This document shows, piece by piece, positions 10,592-23,404 of a stretch of DNA of 64,000 bases. The notes below the pieces were generated by a model, which did not search any database, was not told the origin of the DNA, and saw nothing but the letters and a program-made list of their open reading frames with translations. The stretch is from Spizellomyces punctatus DAOM BR117. Its lineage: Eukaryota. Made by a program: the position numbers and the translations under genes. Numbering within the stretch: the stretch's first letter is position 1; every line of letters starts with the position of its first letter. The stretch is taken from assembly GCA_000182565.2 (NCBI GenBank), contig KQ257463.1, one strand, 5' to 3'.

Positions 10592-12759
10592 TTATTTGAC
10601 GACGCAGTTTAAGACTGCAACTACTCGGCCCGCCACGTCGTCCGCCCCGTCGCACCACCCAACAAGAATAGCACTCTGTGGTTCTGCAGCCATCTGTAAG
10701 CTGACTTGCCGATCTGATATTGACCCATCCTCATCCATATGAACCAATATGACATCACTCTCGAATGACCCTGTAGGCTTTGAGGGCCGAGCCAAATACT
10801 GTACCTGCGCACCTGGCAAGTACTCTTTCAGTGTGGTCGAGAGCTGAGAGAGGATATGATTTTGAGATGCTGAACGGAAGATATCTTCGCTACTATCGTT
10901 GCCGAGTATGTCTCCAAAGGGATTGACATATTTTTTCAAGGTATATGACAGGCGATGACTCCCATCGGATAGCCCTTTTGGTGGAGGTAGTATGTGAAGC
11001 GGTTGCCCTGGCATCTGAAGAACGGTACCCACGAATGGAGAGTTTCCGATGGCTCCGTGAGCTGCCTTACTAGGGCCGTCGGGCTCGCCAGATTCATTCC
11101 ACCGGAGAAGAGACTCGCGCACCGTATTCCAAGATGTCCTCAAAACTTGTCCACTCACTAGTCCATCCGTTGTCTTTTCCTTATCCTGTCCTCCCCCACA
11201 CCATATAGCCTCACCATTCGCTGGGTCGAAAGTACGTACGCCCATTTCTGATTCTAATCGTCTTTTCAGCACTTTCATCTTTGATTTTTCCCCGTGAACT
11301 AACATGACATTCTTCGGTTCGCACATTTTGATCAGCTGCATGATTCCCTTTGCGTCGGCATGCGCGGAGAAGGATAGGTTCTTCACTTGAAGATTGACAT
11401 TCACACGTGTGTGAGCATCAATTTGAATTTGCTTTTCTCCAGCAAGTACCTTGGCACCCACGGTTCCCGCAACGCAATACCCAGGAAGAATCACCATATT
11501 TTTTGGGTCATGACACCATTTCTTGAAAACCTGCAATGAAATGCCAGCATGAAGCATTCCAGGGGACGCAAATACAACCATTGGACCTGGTTCGTCGACG
11601 AAATGACTTTGAAAAGTGTCAATATACTTGAAGTCAAACATATTTCGGTCGACAAAGGTTGTTCTGATCTTTTCATTTGTCCAGTTGATGAATAGCTTAT
11701 AGTATTCGATAGCGCGCTCCGTCAGACCAGCTGAGAAGTACACGGGGATCTTTCCTCGCAAATCGTCCATACGCTCCCAGTAGGCTTCTATTAAGATGCA
11801 AAGTTCCTGCGCTCGGCCGAGTGCAAAGACCGGAATGAGGACTTTACCACCATCCCGCACGCAGTCATGGACCTTCTTGAGGAAGTCTCGCTCACGTGCG
11901 CGTTTGGACCCTCTGACGGTTGTCGCGTAGGTAGTTTCAGTGATGAGGAGATCTGGGCGACACCGGTCGATCCAGGCTGCCCCCAGATGTCGATCCGGTG
12001 TCATGTTGTAATCTCCTGTGTAGACAACACTTTGATTTCCAACCTTGACTTGGAACATGGCCGCTCCCAGTACATGCCCAGCGTAGTAGGCCTTAATCTC
12101 AAGCTCCTCATCCACCTTCACGGTCTGATGCAAGTCAATGGGAATAACCTTTTTCATACAGTTCCGAATGTCATCACTCGTGAAGAAGTTGGTTTCCCCT
12201 TTCCGTTCCACTGCTACTTTTCGCATGTCTTCGAGAAGAATTGGACAGATTGCTTTAGTTGGGTATGTCATGTAAATCGGGCCAGAATAACCACAAATCT
12301 CTGTGAAATGTGGTAAGGCACCACAGTGGTCCAAGTGAAAGTGTGATATTATAACGCAGTCGATGTTGGTATCATAGGCTCCAGAGCGGGAGATGTAGGT
12401 GAAGTCGGGAAATCGACGATGATCGGAATACCCCATATCTGCAAAAGCGAGTCATCGCGCAGAGTGAGAAAAATAACGGTGAGTTCCAGTTCACTGAGGG
12501 GTGTCATCGCCCTGCATATATCCATATGGTTCTAAGTGAAACGGCTCCGTAACAATCATATATGCTGCTGTAAGTCGGTCCATGATTGTTCAGCAAATCC
12601 GTGTTGCCCAGCCATAGATCTCCTCTGGTAAGCCACGTATAAGGTCTACTCACGCATCCCACAGTCGAACATGATGTTCTTTCCTCCCATCGTCACTAGA
12701 ATACAACTTCTGCCTACATCCTGGCCGGCCCCCAGCGGAACAACTTTGATTTCCGACAT
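10592..12759 (-). CDS. INTS11: Integrator complex subunit 11 (CPSF3L), MBL/beta-CASP endonuclease
   Basis: Exon 1 [36 protein letters not shown], intron 12439-12653, then [48 protein letters not shown] and SFSAHAD. These are INTS11-type rather than CPSF73-type signatures. Confidence 0.93.
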
Positions 12760-13695
12760 GGGTCAACGATCGCTGGATGCCTCATACAAGGCCTGATGCT
12801 GACTGTTTCCCATTGCTTATCACATGACAGTCTGTCACATGGGATAATTCCACGTGGGGCGCAGCCCCACTCAACTTCCTTTTGAACCTGGGCGTGCAAC
12901 GTTAATGTTTACCATTGGGTGGACAGCCCATAGGACTCATTGACGTCCTGCCGATTACCATCATGGTCATGAAAGATGCTGCCCTTGAGGGCCCACTACG
13001 CATGCAGCGCAGCCCATCATATTGTTGTTTGCCCGCTATATGAAAATTGTTGAAGTGTTGTGGGCACGACCTGAGCCTGTTCTTCATTGAGTGGTGCTGA
13101 CCACGTACCATGGGCGACAAATAATTTTAATGTCCAACTGTTATCGGAAATTGGGAACGGAAGAGTGCCTTTTTAGGCGGTCGAGCTGTCGTCTTTGAGC
13201 TTGCGACATTGTTCGAGTATGAATCAAAATGAGTATTATTCTGAGGCGCAAGGAACGAAAGTTGCACCGCCTTGACAACCAGGAAACAAATACATTCGAA
13301 CCAAATCAGGGCTGTTGTATTTTTAAACTTTAAAACCTAAATTTGGTGTGACCACAGCTGCGACCTTCCGCCTTCTTCCTTCCATGTTGTTTGGGCGTTC
13401 CTTTCCAGACTTTTGTTTTTTTGGCCACGACAGACTGTCCTACTCTCCTGCAATTTCTACAGAACAACGCCGGTTTCACTTCGCACTTTGACCTGCTTTC
13501 GAACCTCCACAGTTGCGCGTCCAGGTTGGACCTTCCGTGCCCTTTCCAGCAGCTACTCCGTGAGACTTGCGGCTTTCCGCTTTTTCAGTGCGTGACCAAA
13601 GTGTGCCCGCCTCTCGGATTCTTCGCTTTGTCCGATCGTTTTTCAAAGGAAACCTACAAGGCCCGTTGCACCCGCTGGACAGGTGGAGGCGAATA

Positions 13696-15804
13696 ATGGA
13701 AACGAACAAGGTCGGTGACCATCATCTGGCTTCTCTAATCGAGCTTCATGCTAATGCACTCAGTAATAGGACTCCGCAGCAGTCTCGTCCCCATCACCAC
13801 CTCCCGAGACATTACCAGAGATAATCCGCTCGTGGGCTTCAACACCGCTGCAGGAGTTTGAGACTTTTTATGGCTACATGTCAACCCCCTCTGATGCTCT
13901 ACTCATTCTGGATGCCTGTCGAAAAGGCATGCTTCATACTCTCAAGCAAAGGCCGAAGAAGCCACTTCGGACAGCGGATAAGACTGGCGATGATGACGCC
14001 ATTGTTATAAGAAGTGGCACTATTATAGTCTTTGAGGAAAATGGCACAAGAATGCGGAGATGGAGAGATGGCCTGAAGTGGACACCATCTCGGATTTCGG
14101 GGCCTTTTCTCATTTACAGGTACGAAAAATTGCGAGACGGACAGTCGTTGAAAAGTTTATTCACATCTTTTGCCCTTCCTTCATTTTCCCATTGTCAGGG
14201 AACTAAATACCTGTCAGTCGCCTTCAGAAACAGCCACCTCCTCACCACCCGCTGAATACGCCCGCGGCATAGATCCTCCATATTCTGCGGCGCTCACCGG
14301 TTCCGCAAGCGTTAAACCAACAGGCCTAATCAAAAAGACATTTGCAGCAACGCTCCAGAATGCCAAATATCATATAATATCGTATTACGCACGGGAAGAC
14401 GTCCTCGGTGGGCGATTAGGCACACCCACTCAGTGGGCAGCAATGAACGGGTTAGACTTTGATGAGGATGTTTGGTCTGATGTAAAGATGACAGGTGGCT
14501 GGAATCTGGACGGAAAGCGACTGGACGGAAAGCGAGTACTTGCTGCAAAAACACGGGGATCAGTGAAAGCGGAGCAGAATGGAGCGGAAAGACGTTCGCC
14601 GCAAACGCAGAGTAGTGATGGATCAGTAGTTGCCGTGACACCATCCCTCGTTGCCGGAACGCAAGCCGTAACACCACAGGGAGACTCTCCCGACCACAGG
14701 CATTCCTCCCAGAGCAATGTTTGTGATTTGTTGAGACAGATGACTCCTGTATGCCACGCGTTTACTCAGTCGTTGCCTTCGACTGACACAGCAACTCAGT
14801 CACATCAATGCGCATCACAAACGTTCGATCACCTCACCGTACCCGACTCGCAGTGGGCTATTCGTAGTTTTCTCGGCGAGCGTCTTGATTCAGGACAGAG
14901 CGGAACCATGGCAAATACCCTACTGCAGACTTCGTCCCCAATATCACCAGTGGCCTGTACTGAGATGCTGCAAATGCAGGGATTATCTCACGACGAAACC
15001 CCAGGAGGTAGCTTTCCGTTGAATGATCTAGAGTCCCTGCTCGCATCGTTTTCAAGTAGCACACCTCCACAACACACATCCATTCATCATCATACCATTG
15101 CGGCACATGCGCCATCTCCATCACCTGTCAACACTGGAGGTTATCCAACTCCAGTTTCGATCCCGGATTCTGGGTTTGCGGACATTGCTGCCTCTGAAGG
15201 ATCAGCTAGTTCCGGATCCCTTCTAGACATGTGGCAAAATAGCAGCGATACTCTTGTCGAGTCAACCGATCTGTATCATGGTTCAGAGCTGGAAGGACAT
15301 TCCATGGCGGACTTGATGCTGTTGACACAGCAAACCATATTGCCGCACTTACCGCCACCCACTGAAACACCTCCCATGTACATTCCCACCACGATGTACA
15401 CAGCACCAACCACATTCGGAGAGCTTCCCGTCTCAGTGATGAGCAACCCCCAGTCGGAGCCCGCAATGTCGCATTCCAACGTTCATGCGGTTCCAACTGG
15501 CTTTGACAACGGAGCCCGTCGCTTACAACAGCGAGGAGCTCAGCGACCAGGAGTTATGCCATATAGTTGGACAAAAAAACGTAAAGGGGTGCGTAATGAG
15601 CAATGTTTCGGGAAGCGTTTACATGTGGCTGATTATTGGAGCGTCTTGCAGAATCTTCCTTCATCTTCACCAGCATCAGTACTTCAACCGACACAATACC
15701 CCACCGCCACAACGCATGTTTATACTTCGGGCATTATTTGGCCAGAGGAGGACCTGCACGCTATCCCTTCTGCCATCGGAGTTAGCACTGTCTCACCTTA
15801 TTGA
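13696..15804 (+). CDS. Gti1/Pac2 (WOPR domain) transcription factor
   Basis: ETFYGYMSTPSDALLILDAC...IRSGTIIVFEE...RRWRDGLKWTPSRISGPFLIYRE (WOPRa) and GLIKKT...YHIISYY (WOPRb). Introns 13711-13769 and 14120-14198. S/P/Q-rich tail. Confidence 0.92.
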
Positions 15805-16887
15805 GTGCAACAAAGGTCTTTTTAATTCTTGTACGTGTTTTATATGCAGCGGGATTCGACAGGCTGGCTTAAGACAGTCTAGTATTCGCTGAGATGTGAA
15901 CGGGATCTTATTTTGTTGTATATACTTCACTGAATATTTGACTTTTATCTTGGTTGCGCTATTCTTGTGAAGTTTAATTTGGCACCAACGGGGTCTCATA
16001 CAAAAGTCTGGTACCTATGAATATGCAGGAAAATGCAGGATCGCTCGTTCTGTCGCCAATTATTTGGGGTCCGTGTCAAAAAATGGCAGTTTCTCCAGTG
16101 CCCCGTAGTAAAGCCCTTCATCAAGCACCATGTCAACTGTTTAGAGTGGTTCTTTCAATTCATTTGGTGTCAATCGTTCAGACATATTTGTGGGTAACGC
16201 GACCTTACCTAATGCGAAACTGTTGGAGTGTTGATCACTTGACGTCGGGCCACAAATAATCAGGTTTCTTAAACAGCGTCAGGCGGCGGGTTGAGATGGT
16301 ATAAACACCCCCCCGCGGTCTTTCCTCCACAACCATCAGAGAAACGATGACGCATCAGCTGCTTCGAGGGCAGTGTCGGTGGGCCAATAAGGGGCTGGCC
16401 CGGGTTTTGTTCAATCGCACTACTCGACAGCACATGAGGACGTTGGCTGCGCACCCCGCCTGATGTTTTTGTTCACCTTTTGTCTGGGCGGAAATATTGA
16501 TTGCGTCATGCTGCTAAAAAGTCCATTACTTTGGTGGACGGAGTTTAAATCCAACGTTCTTTTTATAAAGCAAGCGTCTTCAGTCCGTGTTAACACACTG
16601 CACGTCAACACAGCCCTCCCTTTTTGCCGTTGAAAGCCATACGGTCTGTGTCATTTGGCGCCCTTCCGAGATTTTCCCCTCATTGAATTAAGCGAGGGCA
16701 GAAGCTGATCGATTTGCGTTGCTTGCCCACATCCGGGCTTTAATTGAAATTTGTTTACCTTTTAGACAGACCTGCCAATATTACTAGTAGACGTTTTCAC
16801 ACCTTTTTTTTTGGATTCACCCTTTTTGACGTTTTGATCCATACCCTCAACATAACACCCTTTGCATCACGATTGCGGCGTCATATA

Positions 16888-17490
16888 ATGTTTGCCTGGG
16901 CTGCATCTCTATTTGCGGAGGCTCCTTCGACGGTGGACATGGATATGATGGAGCTTGAATCAGAACAAGCCGGCATGTCTGTAGAAGGGGAAGAAAACGC
17001 AAAAGAGCACTGGATAGTGGTTGGAAACGTGCATGATATGATTGATAGAGATGATAACGTTATTGCTGAGTACTACGAAGACTTTTCCTTTGATCACGAC
17101 GAGGAGCATTCGGACGAAAGTGAATGTCTAGATGACGAAGTCATACCTCCGACGCCGACCATACCGCCGACAATTCCATCCTTGTCGGGACTGACTATTC
17201 CTGCGCTCGATCAACCACTTTGTTGGACATCACGAGTATTTGCATACTATCCCAAGCCCGCATCCTACTACTTGCGGCATCCTGCCCCCTCCCACATCTT
17301 CAAGAAGGATCCAAAGTTCTCCATCTCCATCGGAAAAACACCGCATCCTCATCCTTTGCTGATTGCGTTGCGATTTCGCGAGTTGCGGTGGCGAAAGCTG
17401 CGCAGATACAACGATCAAGCTGCTCGATGGCGAAATTCTCATCCAATAAGCCACAAGCCTTTCGGAACAAGTAGATCCGGAATACGATAG
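16888..17490 (+). CDS. Hypothetical protein with acidic N-half and basic/Pro-rich C-half
   Basis: Intronless ORF of 200 aa from the ATG at 16888. No recognised domain. Confidence 0.55.
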   Translation: MFAWAASLFAEAPSTVDMDMMELESEQAGMSVEGEENAKEHWIVVGNVHDMIDRDDNVIAEYYEDFSFDHDEEHSDESECLDDEVIPPTPTIPPTIPSLSGLTIPALDQPLCWTSRVFAYYPKPASYYLRHPAPSHIFKKDPKFSISIGKTPHPHPLLIALRFRELRWRKLRRYNDQAARWRNSHPISHKPFGTSRSGIR

Positions 17491-18244
17491 CACACTTTGT
17501 ATTTACATATATATTATGCATTGTATATGGGATTGTTCGCCGGATGTGCTTATACATAAAGGAGTTGTACCTATGGAGTTTGCAGGTTGAGAGTTGTCTG
17601 CGATTGTTGGGACAAAGTAATACTACATCATTCAGAACATTGGCTTTTGTAAAATGTCAACTGTCGACTCTGCCCTCCTGCCGAGCCAAACACAAAACAA
17701 GGTCGCGGCAGTGCACTTGGCTATTCGCGGTCACTGTCATAACTTGAAGACAAAGCGCTCGCTCTCAACTTGCGCTTCTAATTCGAAACCTTTTAGCTGA
17801 TCATCGTAAACCTATCCCCTAGTCTGACAATCGCCTGTCACTGAAGCTGGCCTCGTCGAATAGGTCATGAAGAATTTAGCGGATATTCCTCATCAAGTTA
17901 GATAACAGCACCCAGAGAAAACTTTAAATATTTAGCAACTGCGATCTGCATGCACCGCGGAAACCATCGGCTCACGAGTATCGTGAACCGCGAGCCAGCT
18001 GTTTGCATACGGCCCTGAACTGGCGAAGGGGATCTATGAATAGCAACGAACAATGTGTTTCCCGCGTCATGGGCAACATCAGGCTGTACTGAAGACTATC
18101 AAAACGATGGAACATGTTCCTAATTTAAGAAAGTCCAGCATTTGCTCTATTGCTGGGGGTCCAACAAAGAAATCTCCGCTCTCCGGGAACAGTTTTGCGT
18201 TTTTTTTGTTGTTCCTTCCTTTTCACTCACAACACCGCAAGACC

Positions 18245-21200
18245 ATGGCCGAAGCAGCCAGACATATCGCTCTTTTGAATAATATAATAGATCAGCTTGC
18301 CCGAGAAGCTCAGGGTCTTATTGGCATATTCCAGCGGGTTGCTCAACACCGCTCACCGGAAGACCTTCAAGCACTATCCTCACAATGGCTGACGATACGG
18401 CTGCTCACAGCTTCCCTAAACCAATCCTTGGAAGCTGGTTCCCACCGAACGACATCCGACAACGACTTGCAGATGTACATTGACCAGCTCGGAGAAGTCG
18501 TGATGAAGATGGTGGATGGGGTTGGAGATATGAAGACTCATGAATACAATTTCCCGTTTTGCATCTTGAAACTTCTTTCGGCTGTAAAGAATGTGGTTAA
18601 GGTGCATATTGAAGGATTGACCGGAACCAGTGCACCGTTGGCGTCCCCTTCATCCACCGAACAGCGCCCAGCACAACATGATCGTGACCCCAAAAGCGAC
18701 CCGTCGTCAGCCGCTAAACCTGTTTTGGAACGATTGACAACGAACGTCCTGCCGAGTATAGGAAAGACGCCTGACCTTCGTCCACGCTCTCCCACGACCT
18801 CAGAAACGAGGTCGTTCAAAACGCAATCACCTGTTGGCGAAAACCCGACCACAAACGTTTATGGCGACCGAGGTGGGTCATTGGGACGACCCAATGTTGT
18901 TGTTCAGGGAGCCGGTATGATCCCGTCTCGCTATGGCTCTACTACATCTGTATCTGGGGAACATGGGGACACATTAGAAACCTCTAGCCAGGACAGAACA
19001 AAGCATTCCATTGACGATGTGGCGTCCCTAGAGAAGGCGCTCAGCGCTGTAGGGGCTCAACTTGACCAAGACGACAACCAGCCTCCTCCGATACCTCCAT
19101 TGTTTACCAAACCTACAAGGTCTCAATCCGTCTCGGCTTTGAATACTACTGAAGAGGAAGTTGTCAAGAGCAGAGAGAATGTAGATCACAAAGCAGTACT
19201 GAAAGAACGGGATAAAGTGGAAGAACTGGAAGCGGTAGCAATCCCTGACAAGTTCGAGGAGACGAGCAGTATAGACGTGACGGTAGAAATCCCAACTGTA
19301 GTCCCAGGGAGCACGGAATTGAATCTAGACCCTCAAGGCGACTCGCAGTTGGACAAGCCATCAACAGAAGAAAGTGATGTGTCAATCTCATTACCGACGC
19401 AAACAGAGGCACCAAAAGTGAACCCTGAGATGATCACACAGCAGGACACCACGGACAAGGTGGAGCCGACTGAAACACCAGCAGCAACAGAAACGGCAGA
19501 AACGGCAAAAACGGAAGATAGAGATGCGGTAGAGGGTCAACATACACAAGCCCAAGTACCGATACCAACCCAGGGAGAAACGCTAAACACTCACGTTCAA
19601 GTACCGGCAATCACACCCACCATAAGCAACGCAGAGACTGCAAAAGCAAGCCATTCACCCGAGCCATCACGCAACAAGGAAGCAACCCCAGCGAAATCCA
19701 CTGCATCCCGTAATAGCACTTGCTTGCCCGACACACTTCCCGCCATAGATACCTCAGCCACAGCAGATCGCCTAGCCGCCGTCCGAGCCAAAAAGCAACT
19801 CAACCGATCCTCACTTTTATACGTCCCCTCTGTCCGACAAGCAGCAGCCTTCTTTGAGAACAAAATTCACAAAGAAGCGGAATCAGCCAACTCGCTCCGT
19901 ATTCGTTCTGCGTCAGGTCGCTCTTCAGTGCGGATCCCCAAGCAGGGGTTATCCGTGGATCGTTTTGCGAGTAATGAGGGGTCTATGGAGGATTTGTTTG
20001 CGGGTGCCTCTCCACGACCGGTTTCTCCTGTCCCAGATGAGAAGCAAAGTGGTATAAAGGACAAGGAAGCAGAAGCTGTTGAAGCGCGCACTGCTGAAAT
20101 GCGTACAGAGGCAGTGGAGGAGCAAGAATCTCCAAAAACGGCTGTACCAGATGAAGAGGTGGTCAAAGGAGACAAGCGAGTCCATGACACCAGTTTGGAT
20201 AAAGGAGTCCGGCAAGAGTCTACTCATTTTCCTATCAAGGGCCGCTTGAATGAGGAGAGTGTGCAGTCGCCTTCGGCCAATACCCCGAGTACGGCAGTAC
20301 AGGAAGATCCTGTCCCCCGTCTATCAGACGAAGCATCCCGACAGAGAACCAAAGACCGGTTATCAAAGTTGTTGGATATCGCTAAAGATCTTTTAGCGGA
20401 GGATGCTCTTGATAACCTCGTTTCAAACGATATTGGACATTTGCCAATGACCATCATGCGTATGGAGACGGACCATGTTTCCCCTCCTCCTTTATCTGCC
20501 GTGAAAGCTTCCGTAGATGTTAAACCCACCAAGGAGGGCCCCGGAGATTCACCCATCATGCGCGACCCACGGTTGTTGCAATTCACCAAGGCCCAATCCT
20601 TTGCATCCAGCACGGCGACACTCGGGAATTCATCATTCTCGACTGAAGATCTTGTACCGTCGCACGCTAGTACATCTGATACGGGTTCTGTATTGGTACC
20701 CGCTGATACAGCATCATCAGAGAAACAGACTCTATCTGGAGAGTTTGCGTTTGATGCATACTCTGATGAAACGGCTCATGATGCGCAGCAAAAAGAGGAT
20801 GAGACGGCGCGGCAGTCCATTAGACCCGTAGAACCCACCACCAGTGATCCATTACCGGTATTGACGACCTCGTCTTCGTTCCCGGAATTAACTATGCCGG
20901 GTACGACAAAGTTTTATGGATCGGCTGCGGATCTGTTGGCAAATGACGATACACGAGTCAAATCGTTCATTCGGGATTTTACAAGTGAGGAAAACGCTAC
21001 AAGTAGTACATCGTTGAGTCGAGAGCATGCCGTGAGTGAAGAGCCAGTTTGGAAGCCACATGGTTCTGCCATGGATAGTAGTGAAACTGGTGAAATCACC
21101 GAGGATCTAGTTAAACAGGTGGAAATGGGTGAGCAAGAAGCTGAAGCGATAGAGCAAGCGGAAAGCAAAGCGGAAGAAGAAAAAGACGCAAAGAGGCAAT

Positions 21201-22994
21201 CTCAAGCTTTTCCTGTTGATTTGACTGGCGGTGCGGAAGGAGAGGAGCGAGGTTTTGCCTTGAGAGGCGGACGAGCCATGACAGATGTTCAACAATTACG
21301 ACAAAGCCTCGCTGCTCGACTTGTCCAAACCCTCCAATACCAACCTCCCGAACCCACCCGGCCCCTATCCGCGCACATTACAAACGTATCAACCCAAGCC
21401 GAGGCCCCAACATCACAGGCACTGACCATCATGCTCATGCCACTCAATGGCCAGTTCCCACTTCACACCATTGAACTCGTACAGCCCTACCGTCTCGGTC
21501 GCGGAAACCCCCGAGAAGGATTCAAATCCTTTTCATCACAAGTCGTATCCCGTAACCACTGTGATATCTTTGCTCAGGATGATAAAGTCTACATTCAAGA
21601 CTGTGGAAGTAATTCTGGGACGTTTTTGAATGGTGTTCGTATGAGTGATGCGGGTACCAAGAGTGAGCCTGTTGAAGTCCGTAGTGGGGATTTTGTACAA
21701 TTGGGAAAAGATTATGAGGGTGCAGCTGTTGGAAATCTACCAGAAGGTAAAAAAAAACAAAACGATTTGAAATTGTTTTTGGTTCATGGAAAACCGTTTA
21801 GCTAAAACTATTGTGATATTGATTTATTAATTATAGCTCGACGACGATGTGTCAAGATGCAGATTGTCATTCTGAACCGTGACCATCAACAATCATCGCC
21901 CTCCCAACAACTCCAGGAACAAACCATAGATCAAACACAACGAGAACAACAAGATGCTATGCAACCACAGCTAACGTAATTGTTATACGGTTTGCCAGAA
22001 CAACACAAACGTTCAAACATAACTAAAACTAGTCATTTTCAAATTACAGTACCGCTTCCGAAGACGACCTCCGAAAAGACCCCGACGACGTTAATATCTC
22101 TAAAGCACGGGACAGCCGTAAAGGGCTATCCATGTAAGTATCCCCTTCCCCATCTCCCCATCTCCTAAACACACCCTCACAAAAATCCGCAAAACTTTAC
22201 TTTCACAGGATCAACCCCCTCCGCATCTCCACCGTCGTCCCACCAACACCCCAACCCCTAACCTCAACGCTCACAACAGCAGTCCCAACCACACCACACC
22301 AACAAGAAAAAACGGGTAGAAGTAAATATACGGTAGCGATATCGGGTACAAAGGAAAAAGTTCGCAAAGTCCAGGTGGTGGGTGCGGATGGTAAGGATGT
22401 TTTGATGGTTGGGTTAAAGTTTTGGGAAAGTAAACGGTATGTTTTTTTTTTCTCACTCGAGTCCTCTTAAGAAATACACACATCTTTTCTAAATTTTACT
22501 TTGTTGGAATATATAGGGTGATTACAATCCAAGACCTCCGTCCAACCTACGAACACCACAACCCTTCCTTAGAAATCTTTCCAGACCCCACCACAAAACC
22601 CACAGACCCCTTCTCAACAACCCCCTTTGTCGTAACAACGGCCACAGGAGCCGGAATGGGTACACTAAAATACACATCAAATATTAAACTCGCCATTGAA
22701 ACGGCTCCATCGCAAACAGACGAAAATGGTGACACCAAAATAGGAGACGATGGTGATGCGGTTTCGTTTTCGGTTACTGGGGATTTAAAGGAACAGAAAT
22801 ATATTCTTGTTATGCGACGGTTGAATTCGAGGGAGCAGAGAGTTGTTGGTGAGGCTAGTGGTAAAGTCCTCGTTCGTAAAAGTGTGCGGGAAAATAAGTG
22901 GGCTGTGAATGTTGAGATGGAGGATGGTGTGTTTGGGCAGTTGTACATGGCGGCTGTAGTATTCGCCTGTGTTTCTGGGGGAATGATTGCGTAA
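18245..22994 (+). CDS. Large FHA-domain protein with long disordered region and a possible Tubby/LURP-one-like C-terminal domain
   Basis: FHA: LGRG...FSSQVVSRNHCDI...IQDCGSNSGTFLNG...GDFVQLG, continuing after intron 21747-21836 as RRCVKMQI. Further spliced exons reach the stop at 22994. Confidence 0.8.
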
Positions 22995-23404
22995 AAAAGC
23001 AAACAAGAGATAACTTTTTTTTTTTTTTGTTGTTCTTGTGTGTGTGTTGTGTGTTGGGGGGGGGGGGGGGATGTTTTTTTGGAGGTGACCATTTTTGTCA
23101 TTTGTAATTGTATAACAAGGATTTGGGTTTTATCTTTTTTTTTTTGGATAAACATGTTTTTCGCACATATTTCTTATTGCTTAAGCACATTGGCAATAGG
23201 TGGTGGTAGTTATCATTCATAGCAAACGTAGGATCAACCGTCAATTTCTCCATACTTTTCGTATGAATCTTGAACACACCAACGAACCATATCATATTTT
23301 TAAAAATCTTTATTATTTTCGAAACGAAAAAACAACACCAGCTACTCACTCAACAGTACAACAAAAAAACACACAACACAACAAGTAGCATCATCCATAA
23401 CAAC

